64,000 bases of DNA from Squalus acanthias (Eukaryota), in the NCBI GenBank assembly GCA_030390025.1, contig CM059438.1, positions 54,252,001 to 54,316,000 of the forward strand, read 5' to 3'. Position numbers and translations under genes: made by a program. Positions within the stretch are counted from its first letter, which is position 1; each line of letters opens with the position of its first letter. The notes beneath the pieces were generated by a model, which worked only from the letters and a program-made list of their open reading frames with translations, was not told the DNA's origin and searched no databases. Shown one piece after another: positions 22,521 to 34,600 of this stretch.

Positions 22521-22600
22521 GTGATGGAGAAAACATGGTGTCGGAAGCTCAGCTCCATGTCAAATACGATGCCGAGGTTACCAACAGTCTGGTTCAGCCT
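22521..22600 (-). mobile_element. Short L2-like LINE RT fragment
   Basis: RLNQTVGNLGIVFDMELSFRHHVFSIT resembles the L2 motif V.NLGV.FD..LSF..HI. Confidence 0.55.
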
Positions 22601-22601
22601 T

Positions 22602-23024
22602 AGAGTAAATCTCCCTCTACACTGTCCCATCAAACACTCCCAGGACACGGACAGCACGGGTTAGATACAGAGTAAAGCTCCCTCTACACTGTCCCATCAA
22701 ACACTCCCAGGGCAGGTACAGCACGGGTTAGATACAGAGTAAAGCTCCCTCTACACTGTCCCATCAAACACTCCCACGGCAGGTACAGCACGGGTTAGAT
22801 ACAGAGTAAAGCTCTCTCTACACTGTCCCATCAAACACTCCCAGGGCAGGTACAGCACGGGTTAGATACAGAGTAAAGCTCCCTCTACACTGTCCCATCA
22901 AACACTCCCAGGGCAGGTACAGCACTGGTTACATATAGAGTAAAGCTCCCTCTACACTGTCTCATCAAACACTGCCAGGGCAGGTACAGCACTGGTTACA
23001 TATAGAGTAAAGCTCCCTCTGCAT
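22602..23024. repeat. 67-bp minisatellite, ~6.3 copies, probably SINE-derived
   Basis: AGAGTAAAGCTCCCTCTACACTGTCCCATCAAACACTCCCAGGGCAGGTACAGCACGGGTTAGATAC at 22602, 22669, 22736 and onward. Confidence 0.93.
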
Positions 23025-26000
23025 TGTCTTTAGGGAAGGAAATCTGCCATCCTTACCTGGTCTGGCCTATATGTGACTCCAGACCCACAGCAAGGTGGTT
23101 GACTCTTAACTTCCCTCTGAAATTGCCTAGCAAACCACTCAGTTGTATCAAACTGCTACGAAACACAATAATAAGAATGAAACCGGACGGACCATCCGGC
23201 ATCGACCTCGGCACTGGCTACGGGCACGGCAACGGCACACCCAGCCCAGTTGACCCTGCAAAGTCCTCCTCACCAACATCTGGGGACTTGTGCCAAAATT
23301 GGGAGAGCTGTCCCACAGACTAGTCAAACAACAGCCTGACATAGTCATACTCATAGAATCATACCTTTCAGCCAACGTCCCAGACTCCCCTATCGCTATT
23401 CCTGGGTATGTCCCACCGACAGGACAGACCCACCAGAGGTGGCGACACAGTGGTATACAGTCGGGAAGGAGTGGCCCTGGGAGTTCTGAACATTGACTCC
23501 GGACCCCATGAAGTCTCATGGCATCAGGTCAAACATGGGCAAGGAATCTCCTGCTGATTACCACCTACCGCCCTCCCTCAGCTGATGAATCAGTACTCCT
23601 CCATGTTGAACACCATTTGGAAGAAGCACTGAGAGTAGCAAGAGCACAGAGCGTACTCTGGGTGGGGAACTTCAATATTCATCACTAAGAATGGCTCGGT
23701 AGCACCACTACCGACCGAGCTGGCCGAGTCCTGAAGGACATAGCTGCCAGACAGGGCCTGTGGCAGATAGTGAGAGAACCAACATGAGGGAAAAACCTAC
23801 TTGACTTCGTCCTCACCATTCTACCTGTCGCAGATGCATCTGTCCATGACAGCACTGATAGGAATGACTCCCACACAGTCCTTTTGGAGACAAAGTCCTG
23901 TCTTCACACTGAGGACACCCTCCATCGTGTTGTATGGCACTACCACCGTGCTAAATGGGGTACATTCAGAACAGATCTAGCAGCTCAAAACTGGGCATCC
24001 AAGAGGTGCTGTGGTCCATCAGCAGCAGCAGAATTGTATTCCCCCACAATCTGTAACCTCATGGTCCGGTATATTCCTCACTTGACCATTACTATCAAGC
24101 CAGGGGACCAACCCTGGTTCAATGAGGAGTGTAGAAAAGCATGTCAGGAGCAGCACCAGGCGTACCTAAAAATGAGGTGCCAACCAAGGGAAGCTGCAAC
24201 ACAGGACTACATGCATGCTAAAAAGCGGAAGCAGCATGCTATAGACAAGGTTAAGCGATCCCAATATCAATGGATCAGATCAAAGCTCTGCAATCCTGCC
24301 ACATCCAGTCGTGAATGGTGGTGGACCATTAAACAACTAGCGGGAGGAGGAGGCTCCAAGAATATCCCCATCCTCAATGATGCTGGAGCCCAGCACGTGA
24401 GTGCAAAAGACAAGGCTGAGGCGTTTGCAACCATCTTCAGCCACAAGTGCTGACTGAATGATCCATCTTGGCCTCCTCCTGAGGTCCCCACCATCACAGA
24501 AGCCAGTCTTCAGCCAATTCGATTCACTCCACACGTGATATCAAGAAATGGCTGAGCGCACTGGATACAGCAAAGGCTATGGGCCCCAAAAATATCCCGG
24601 CTGTAGTACTGAAGACCTGTGCTTCAGAATTAGCCGTGCCTATAGCCAAGCTGTTCCAGTACAGCTACAACACTGGCATCTAGCCGACAAAGTGGAAAAT
24701 TGCCTAGGTATGTCCTGTCCATAAAAAGCAGGACAAATCCAATCCGGCCAATTACCACCCCATCAGTCGACTCTCAATCATCAGCAAAGTGATGGAAGGT
24801 GTCATCGACAGTGCTATCAAGCAGCACTTACTCACCAATAACCTGCTCACTGATGCTCAGTCTGGGTTCCGCCAGGACCACTCGGCTCCAAACCTCATTA
24901 CAGCCTTGGTCCAAACATGGACAAAGGAGCTGAATTCCAGAGGTGAGGTGTGAGTGACTGCCCTTGACATCAAGGCAGCATTTGACTGAGTGTGGCATCA
25001 AGGAGCCCTAGTAAAACTGAAGTCAATGGAAATCGGGGGAAAACTCTCCACTGGCTGGAGTCATACCTAGCACAAAGGTAGATGGTTGTGGTGGTTGTTG
25101 GAGGCCAATCATCACAGCCCAGGACATCACTGCAGGAGTTCCTCAGGACAGTGTCCTAGGTCCAACCATATTAAGCTGCTTCATCAATGACCTTCCCGCC
25201 ATCATAAGGTCAGAAGTGGGGATGTTTGCTGATGATTACACAGTGCTTAGTTCCATTCGCAACTCCTCAGATAATGAAGCAGTCCGTGCCCGCATGCAGC
25301 AAGACCTGGACAACATTCAGGCTTGAGCTGTTAAATATCAGGTAACATTCACGCCACAGAAGTGCCAGGCAATGACCATCTCCAATAAGAGAAAGTCTAA
25401 TCACCTCTCCTTGACATTCAATGACATTACCATCATTGAATCCCTCACCATCAATATCCTGGGGGTCACCATTGACCAGAAACTTAACTGGACCAACCAC
25501 ATAAATACTGTGACTACAAAAGCAGGTCAGAGGCTAGGTATTTTGCGGCGAGTAGCTCACCTCCTGACTCCCCAAAGCTTTTCCACCATCTACAACGCAC
25601 AAGTCAGGAGTGTGATGGAATACCCTCCACTTGCCTGGATGAGTGCAGCTCCAACAACACTCAAGAAGCTCGACACCATCCAGGACAAAGCAGCCCACTT
25701 GATTGGTGCCCCATCCACCACCGTAAATATTCACTCCCTCCACCACCGGCATACCGTGGCTGCAGTGTGTACCATCTACAAGATGCACTGCAGCAACTCG
25801 CCAAGGCTTCTTCGGCAGCACCTCCCAAACCCGCGACCTCTTCCACCTAGAAGGACAAGGGCAGCAGGCGCATGGGAACACCATCGCCTCCAAGCTCCCC
25901 TCCAAGTCACACACCATCCTGAATTAGAAGTATATCGGGCCGTTCCTTAATCGTTGCTGGGTCAAAATCCTGGAACTCCCTCCCTAACAGCACTGTGGGA

Positions 26001-26122
26001 GTACCTTCACCACACAGTTCAAGGCGGCGGCTCACCACCACCTTCTCAAGGGCCATTAGGGATGGGCAATAAATGCTGGCCTTGCCAGCGATGCCCACAT
26101 CCCAGGGACAAATTAAAAAAAA
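23025..26122 (+). mobile_element. Near full-length single-ORF APE-RT LINE (CR1/Jockey supergroup, Zenon-like), decayed
   Basis: ORF from ATG 23177 to TAG ~26059 with NIWGL, PDIVILIESYL, YRPPS, PWFN, ALDIKAAFD.VWH, GVPQDSVLGP, FADD and AQVRSVMEY. AATAAA-containing 3' UTR and A-tail at 26115-26122; many stops and frameshifts. Confidence 0.9.
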
Positions 26123-26124
26123 TG

Positions 26125-28439
26125 TTCCCCCCTCCCTCTCCCGGTCAGTTCCCTCCCTCCCTCTTCCGGTCAGTTCCCCTCCCTCTCCCAGTCAGTTCCC
26201 TCCCTCCCTCTCCCGGTCAGTCCCTCCCTCCCTCTCCCGGTCAGTTCCCTCCTCCCTCTCCCGGTCAGTTCCCCCACTCCCTCTCCCGGTCAGTTCCTCC
26301 CTCCCTCTTCCGGTCAGTTCCCCTCCCTCTCCCGGTCAGTTCCCCCCTCCCTCTCCCGGTCAGTTCCCCCCTCCCTCTCCCGGTCAGTTCCCCCACTCCC
26401 TCTCCCGGTCAGTTCCCACCCTCCCTTTCCCGGTCAGTCCCTCCCTCCCTCTCCCGGTCAGTTCCCGCTCCCTCTCCCGGTCAGTTCCCCCCTCCCTCTC
26501 CCGGTCAGTCCCTCCCTCCCTCTCCCGGTCAGTCCCGCTCCCTCTCCGGTCAGTTCCCCGCTCCCTCTCCCGGTCAGTTCCTCCCTCCCTCTCCCGGTCA
26601 GTCCCTCCCTCCCTCTCCCGGTCAGTCCCGCCTCCCTCTCCCGGTCAGTTCCCCGCTCCCTCTCCCGGTCAGTTCCTCCCTCCCTCTCCCGGTCAGTTCC
26701 TCCCTCCCTATCCCAGTCAGTTCCCCCACTCCCTATCACGGTCAGTTCCCCCACTCCCTCTCCCGGTCAGTTCCCCGCTCCCTCTCCCGGTCAGTTCCTC
26801 CCTCCCTCTCCCGGTCAGTTCCCCACTCCCTCTCCCGGTCAGTTCCCCCTCCCTCTGCCAGTCAGTTCCCACACTCCCTCTCCCGGTCAGTTCCCACCCT
26901 CCCTTTCCCGGTCAGTCCCTCCCTCCCTCTCCCGGTCAGTCCCGCTCCCTCTCCCGGTCAGTTCCCCCCTCCCTCTCCCGGTCAGTTCCCCCCTCCCTCC
27001 CTCTCCCGGTCAGTCCCGCTCCCTCTCCCGGTCAGTTCCCCGCTCCCTCTCCCGGTCAGTTCCTCCCTCCCTCTCCCGGTCAGTTCCTCCCTCCCTATCC
27101 CAGTCAGTTCCCCCACTCCCTATCACGGTCAGTTCCCCCACTCCCTCTCCCGGTCAGTTTCCCCGCTCCCTCTCCCGGTCAGTTCCTCCCTCCCTCTCCC
27201 GGTCAGTTCCCCCACTCCCTCTCCCGGTCAGTTTCCCCCTCCCTCTGCCAGTCAGTTCCCCCACTCCCTCTCCCGGTCAGTTGCCCGCTCCCTCTCCCGG
27301 TCAGTTCCCCGCTCCCTCTCCCGGTCAGTTCACCTGCTCCCTCTCCCGGTCAGTTTCCCCGCTCCCTCTCCCGGTCAGTCCCTCCCTCCCTCTCCCGGTC
27401 AGTTCCCCCACTCCCTCTCCCGGTCAGTTTCCCCCTCCCTCTGCCAGTCAGTTCCCCCACTCCCTCTCCTGGTCAGTTCCCCGCTCCCTCTCCCGGTCAG
27501 TTCCCCGCTCCCTCTCCCGGTCAGTTCCCCCCTCCCTCTCCCGGTCAGTTTCCCCCTCCCTCTCCTGGTCAGTTTCCCCCTCCCTCTCCCAGTCAGTTTT
27601 CCCCTCCCTCTGCCAGTCAGTTCCCCGCTTCCTCTCCCGGTCAGTTCCCCGCTCCCTCTCCCGGTCAGTTCCCCGCTCCCTCTCCCGGTCAGTTCCCCCC
27701 TCCCTCTCCCGGTCAGTTTCCCCCTCCCTCTCCTGGTCAGTCCCCCCCTCCCTCTCCCGGTCAGTCCCTCCCTCTCCCGGTCAGTTCCCCCCTCCCTCTC
27801 CCGGTCAGTTCCCCCCTCCCTCTCCCGGTCAGTCCCTCCCTCTCCCGGTCAGTTCCTCCCCTCCCTCTCCCGGTCAGTTCCCCCACTCCCTCTCCCGGTC
27901 AGTCCCTCCCTCCCTCTCTCGGTCAGTTCCCCCACTCCCTCTCCCGGTCAGTCCCTCCCTCCCTCTCCTGGTCAGTCCCTCCCTCCCTCTCCCGGTCAGT
28001 TCCCCCACTCCCTCTCCCGGTCAGTCCCTCCCTCCCTCTCCCGGTCAGTCCCTCCCTCCCTCTCCCGGTCAGTTCCCCCACTCCCTCTCCCAGTCAGTCC
28101 CTCCCTCCCTCTCCCAGTCAGTCCCTCCCTCCCTCTCCCGGTCAGTTCCCCCACTCCCTCTCCCGGTCAGTCCCTCCCTCCCTCTCCCGGTCAGTCCCTC
28201 CCTCCCTCTCCCGGTCAGTTCCCCCTCCCTCTCCCGGTCAGTTTCCCCCTCCCTCTCCCGGTCAGTTCCTCCCTCCCTCTTCTGGTCAGTTTCCCCCTCC
28301 CTCTCCCGGTCAGTTTCCCCCTCCCTCTCCCGGTCAGTTCCCCGCTCCCTCTCCCGGTCAGTTTCCCCCTCCCTCTCCCGGTCAGTTCCTCCCTCCCTCT
28401 CCTGGTCAGTTTCCCCCTCCCTCTCCCGGTCAGTTTCCC
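26125..28439. repeat. Pyrimidine-rich ~24-bp minisatellite (CTCCCTCTCCCGGTCAGTTCCCCC), running into the gap
   Basis: Direct reading; unit length varies about 20-28 bp through the C-runs. Confidence 0.96.
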
Positions 28440-28639
28440 NNNNNNNNNNNNNNNNNNNNNNNNNNNNNNNNNNNNNNNNNNNNNNNNNNNNNNNNNNNNN
28501 NNNNNNNNNNNNNNNNNNNNNNNNNNNNNNNNNNNNNNNNNNNNNNNNNNNNNNNNNNNNNNNNNNNNNNNNNNNNNNNNNNNNNNNNNNNNNNNNNNNN
28601 NNNNNNNNNNNNNNNNNNNNNNNNNNNNNNNNNNNNNNN
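28440..28639. other. Assembly gap (200 N)
   Basis: Round-number N run between two different tandem arrays. Confidence 0.99.
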
Positions 28640-31600
28640 AAACACAATTACTGGGAGTGCGATTTAAACACAATTACTGGGAGTGGGATTAAACACAATT
28701 ACTGGGAGTGGGATTAAACACAATTACTGGGAGTGGGATTAAACACAATCACTGGGAGTGGGATTAAACACAATTACTGGGAGTGCGATTAAACACAATT
28801 ACTGGGAGTGCGATTAAACACAATTACTGGGAGTGCGATTAAACACAATACTGGGAGTGGGATTAAACACAATCACTGGGAGTGGGATTAAACACAATTA
28901 CTGGGAGTGCGATTAAACACAATACTGGGAGTGGGATTAAACACAATTACTGGGAGTGGGATTAAACACAATCACTGGGAGTGGGATTAAACACAATCAC
29001 TGGGAGTGGGATTAAACACAATTACTGGGAGTGCGATTAAACACAATTACTGGGAGTGGGATTAAACACAATCACTGGGAGTGCGATTAAACACAATCAC
29101 TGGGAGTGGGATTAAACACAATCACTGGGAGTGGGATTAAACACAATCACTGGGAGTGGGATTAAACACAATTACTGGGAGTGGGATTAAACACAATTAC
29201 TGGGAGTGGGATTAAACACAATCACTGGGAGTGGGATTAAACACAATTACTGGGAGTGGGATTAAACACAATCACTGGGAGTGGGATTAAACACAATCAC
29301 TGGGAGTGGGATTAAACACAATTACTGGGAGTGCGATTAAACACAATTACTGGGAGTGGGATTAAACACAATCACTGGGAGTGCGATTAAACACAATCAC
29401 TGGGAGTGGGATTAAACACAATCACTGGGAGTGGGATTAAACACAATCACTGGGAGTGGGATTAAACACAATTACTGGGAGTGCGATTAAACACAATTAC
29501 TGGGAGTGGGATTAAACACAAATACTGGGAGTGGGATTAAACACAATTACTGGGAGTGGGATTAAACACAATCACTGGGAGTGGGATTAAACACAATTAC
29601 TGGGAGTGGGATTAAACACAATCACTGGGAGTGCGATTAAACACAATTACTGGGAGTGGGATTAAACACAATCACTGGGAGTGGGATTAAACACAATTAC
29701 TGGGAGTGGGATTAAAAACAATCACTGGGAGTGCGATTAAACACAATTACTGGGAGTGGGATTAAACACAATCACTGGGAGTGGGATTAAACACAATCAC
29801 TGGGAGTGGATTAAACACAATCACTGGGAGTGGGATTAAACACAATTACTGGGAGTGGGATTAAACACAATCACTGGGAGTGGGATTAAACACAATTACT
29901 GGGGGAGTGGATTAAACACAATCACTGGGAGTGGGATTAACACAATCACTGGGAGTGGGATTAAACACAATCACTGGGAGTGGGATTAAACACAATTACT
30001 GGGAGGGGATTAAACACAATCACTGGGAGGGGATTATTAAACACAATTACTGGGAGTGGGATTAAACACAATCACTGGGAGTGGGATTAAACACAATTAC
30101 TGGGAGTGGGATTAAACACAATTACTGGGAGTGGGATTAAACACAATTACTGGGAGTGGGATTAAACACAATTACTGGGAGTGCGATTATTAAACACTTA
30201 CTGGGAGTGGGATTAAACACAATTACTGGGAGTGGGATTAAACACAATACTGGGAGTGGGATTAAACACAATTACTGGGAGTGGGATTAACACAATTACT
30301 GGGAGTGGATTAAACACAATCACTGGGAGTGGATTAAACACAATTACTGGGAGTGGGATTAAACACAATTACTGGGAGTGGGATTAAACACAATTACTGG
30401 GAGTGGGATTAAACACAATTACTGGGAGTGGGATTAAACACAATTCACTGGGAGTGGGATTAAACACAATTACTGGGAGTGGGATTAAACACAATTACTG
30501 GGTGGGGACAACACTGGGAGTGCGATATTAACACAATTACTGGGAGTGGGATTAAACACAATCACTGGGAGTGGGATTAAACACAATCACTGGGAGTGGG
30601 ATTAAACACAATTACTGGGAGTGGGATTAAACACAATCACTGGGAGTGGGATTAAACACAATTACTGGGAGTGGGATTAAACACAATCACTGGGAGTGGG
30701 ATTAAACACATTCACTGGGAGTGGGATTAAACACAATTACTGGGAGTGCGATTAAACACAATTACTGGGAGTGGGATTAAACACAATCACTGGGAGTGGA
30801 TTAAACACAATCACTGGGAGTGGGATTAAACACAATCACTGGGAGTGGGATTAAACACAATCACTGGGAGTGGGATTAAACACAATTACTGGGAGTGGGA
30901 TTAAACACAATTACTGGGAGTGGGATTAAACACAATCACTGGGAGTGCGATTAAACACAATTACTGGGAGTGCGATTAAACACAATCACTGGGAGTGGGA
31001 TTAAACACAATTACTGGGAGTGGGATTAAACACAATACTGGGAGTGCGATTAAACACAATCACGGAGTGGGATTAAACACAATCACTGGGAGTGCGATTA
31101 AACACAATCACTGGGAGTGGGATTAAACACAATCACTGGGAGTGGGATTAAACACAATTACTGGGAGTGGGATTAAACACAATTACTGGGAGTGCGATTA
31201 AACACAATTACTGGGAGTGCGATTAAACACAATCACTGGGAGTGGGATTAAACACAATCACTGGGAGTGGGATTAAACACAATCACTGGGAGTGGATTAA
31301 ACACAATTACTGGGAGTGGGATTAAACACAATCACTGGGAGTGGATTAAACACAATCACTGGGAGTGCGATTAAACACAATCACGGAGTGGGATTAAACA
31401 CAATCACTGGGAGTGGGATTAAACACAATCACTGGGAGTGGGATTAAACACAATCACTGGGAGTGGGATTAAAACAATCACTGGGAGTGGGATTAAAACA
31501 ATCACTGGGAGTGGGATTAAACACAATCACTGGGAGTGGGATTAAACACAATTACTGGGAGTGGGATTAAACACAATCACTGGGAGTGGGATTAAACACA

Positions 31601-34600
31601 ATACTGGGAGTGGGATTAAACACAATTACTGGGAGTGGGATTAAACACTATCACTGGGAGTGGGATTAAAACACCATCACTGGGAGTGGGATTAAACACA
31701 ATTACTGGGAGTGCGATTTAAACACAATCACTGGGAGTGGATTAAACACAATTACTGGGAGTGGGATTAAACACAATTACTGGGAGTGGGATTAAATCAC
31801 AATCACTGGGAGTGCGATTAAACACAATCACTGGGAGTGCGATTAAACACAATCACTGGGAGTGGATTAAAACACAATCACTGGGAGTGGGATTAAACAC
31901 AATCACTGGGAGTGGGATTAAACAATCACTGGGAGTGGATTAAACACAATAACTGGGGAGCGATTAACACAATTACTGGGTAGTGCGATTAAACACATTA
32001 CTGGGAGTGCGATTAAACACAATTAATGGGAGTGGGACTTAAACACAATACTGGGAGTGGGATTAAACACATTACTGGGAGAGGGATTAAACACAATTAC
32101 TGGGGAGTGGGATTAAACACAATTACTGGGAGGGGATTAAACACAATTACTGGAGTGGGATATAAAACACCAATCATGGGAGTGCGATTAAACAAATTAC
32201 TGGGAGTGGGATTAAACACAATTACTGGGAGTGGGATTAAACACAATTACTGGGAGTGGGATTTAAACACAATACTGGGAGTGCGATTAAACACAATTAC
32301 TGGGAGTGCGACTTAATACACAATCATGGGAGTGCGGATTAAACACAATTACTGGAGTTGGATTAAACACAATCACTGGGAGTGGGATTAAACACAATTA
32401 CTGGGAGTGCGATATTTAAACACAATTACTGGGAGTGCGATTAAACACAATCACTGGGAGTGGGATTAAACACAATCACTGGGAGTGCGATTAAACACAA
32501 TTACTGGGAGTGGATTAAAACAATCACTGGGAGTGCGATTTAACACAATCACTGGGAGTGGGATTTAAACACAATACGGGAGCTGGGAATTAACACCATT
32601 CACTGGAGTGGGATTAAACACAATTATGGGAGTGGGATTAAAACACAATTACTGGGAGTGGGATTAAACACAATTACTGGGAGTGGGATTAAACACAATT
32701 ACTGGGAGTGGGATTAAACACAATCACTGGGAGTGCGATTAAACACAATTACTGGGAGTGGGATTAAACACAATCACTGGGAGTGGGATTAAACACAATC
32801 ACTGGGAGTGGGATTAAACACAATCACTGGGAGTGCGATTAAACACAATTACTGGGAGTGGGATTAAACACAATCACTGGGAGTGGGATTAAACACAATT
32901 ACTGGGAGTGGGATTAAACAATCACTGGGAGTGGGATTAAACACAATTACTGGGAGTGCGATTAAACACAATTACTGGGAGTGGGATTAAACACAATTAC
33001 TGGGAGTGGGATTAAACACAATTACTGGGAGTGCGATTAAACACAATTACTGGGAGTGGGATTAAACACAATTACTGGGAGTGGATTAAACACAATTACT
33101 GGGAGTGGGATTAAACACAATTACTGGGAGTGGGATTAAACACAATTACTGGGAGTGCGGATTAAACACAATCACTGGGAGTGGGATTAAACACAATTAC
33201 TGGGAGTGCGATTAAAACACAATTACTGGAGTGGATTAAACACAATAACTGGAGAGTGCGATTTAAACACAATTACTGGGAGTGGATTTAAACACAATCA
33301 CTGGAGGTGCGATTAAACACAATTACTGGGAGTGGATTAAACACAATCACTGGGAGTGCGATTAAACACAATACTGGGAGGGTGCGATTAAACACAATTA
33401 CTGGAGTGCGGGAATTATTAACACAATCACTGGGAGTGGGATTTAACACAATCACTGGGAGTGCGATTAAACACAATCACTGGGAGTGGGATTAAACAAT
33501 CACTGGGAGTGGGATTAAACACATCACTGGGAGTGGGAATAAAACACAATTACTGGGAGTGGGATCTAAACACAATTACTGGGAGTGCGATTAAACACAA
33601 TCACTGAGGAGTGGGATTAAACACATTTACTGGGAGTGGGATTAAACACAATTACTGGGAGTGGGATTAAACACAATCACTGGGAGTGGGATTAAACACA
33701 ATCACTGGGAGTGGGATTAAACACAATCACTGGGAGTGGGATTAAACACAATCACTGGGAGTGGGATTAAACACAATTACTGGGAGTGGGATTAAACACA
33801 ATTACTGGGAGTGGGATTAAACACAATCACTGGGAGTGGGATTAAACACAATCACTGGGAGTGGGATTAAACACAATTACTGGGAGTGGGATTAAACACA
33901 ATTACTGGGAGTGGGATTAAACACAATTACTGGGAGTGGGATTAAACACAATTACTGGGAGTGGGATTAAACACAATTACTGGGAGTGGGATTAAACACA
34001 ATTACTGGGAGTGGGATTAAACACAATTACTGGGAGTGGGATTAAACACAATCACTGGGAGTGGGATTAAACACAATTACTGGGAGTGGGATTAAACACA
34101 ATTACTGGGAGTGGGATTAAACACAATTACTGGGAGTGGGATTAAACACAATTACTGGGAGTGCGATTAAACACAATCACTGGGAGTGGGATTAAACACA
34201 ATTACTGGGAGTGCGAATTAACCACAATCACTGGGAGTGGGAATTAAACACAATCACTGGGAGTGGGATTAAACCACATCACTGGGAGTGGGATTAAACA
34301 CAATTACTGGGAGTGCGATTAAACACATTCCTGGGAGTGCGATTAAACACAATCACTGGGAGTGGGATTAAACACATTACTGGGAGTGGGATTAAACACA
34401 ATCACTGGGAGTGGGATTTAAACACAAATTACTGGGAGTGCGATTAAACACATTTACTGGGAGTGGGATTAAACACTAATTACTGGGAGTGGGATTAAAC
34501 ACAATTACTGGGAGTGCGATTAAACACAATCACTGGGAGTGGGATTAAAACACAATTACTGGGAGTGCGATTAAACACAATTACTGGGAGTGGGATTAAA

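Noticed and set aside
25954..28717. Long Pro/Ser-rich ORFs (912, 864 and 478 aa)
   Set aside because: Translations of a stop-poor minisatellite that run into the N gap.
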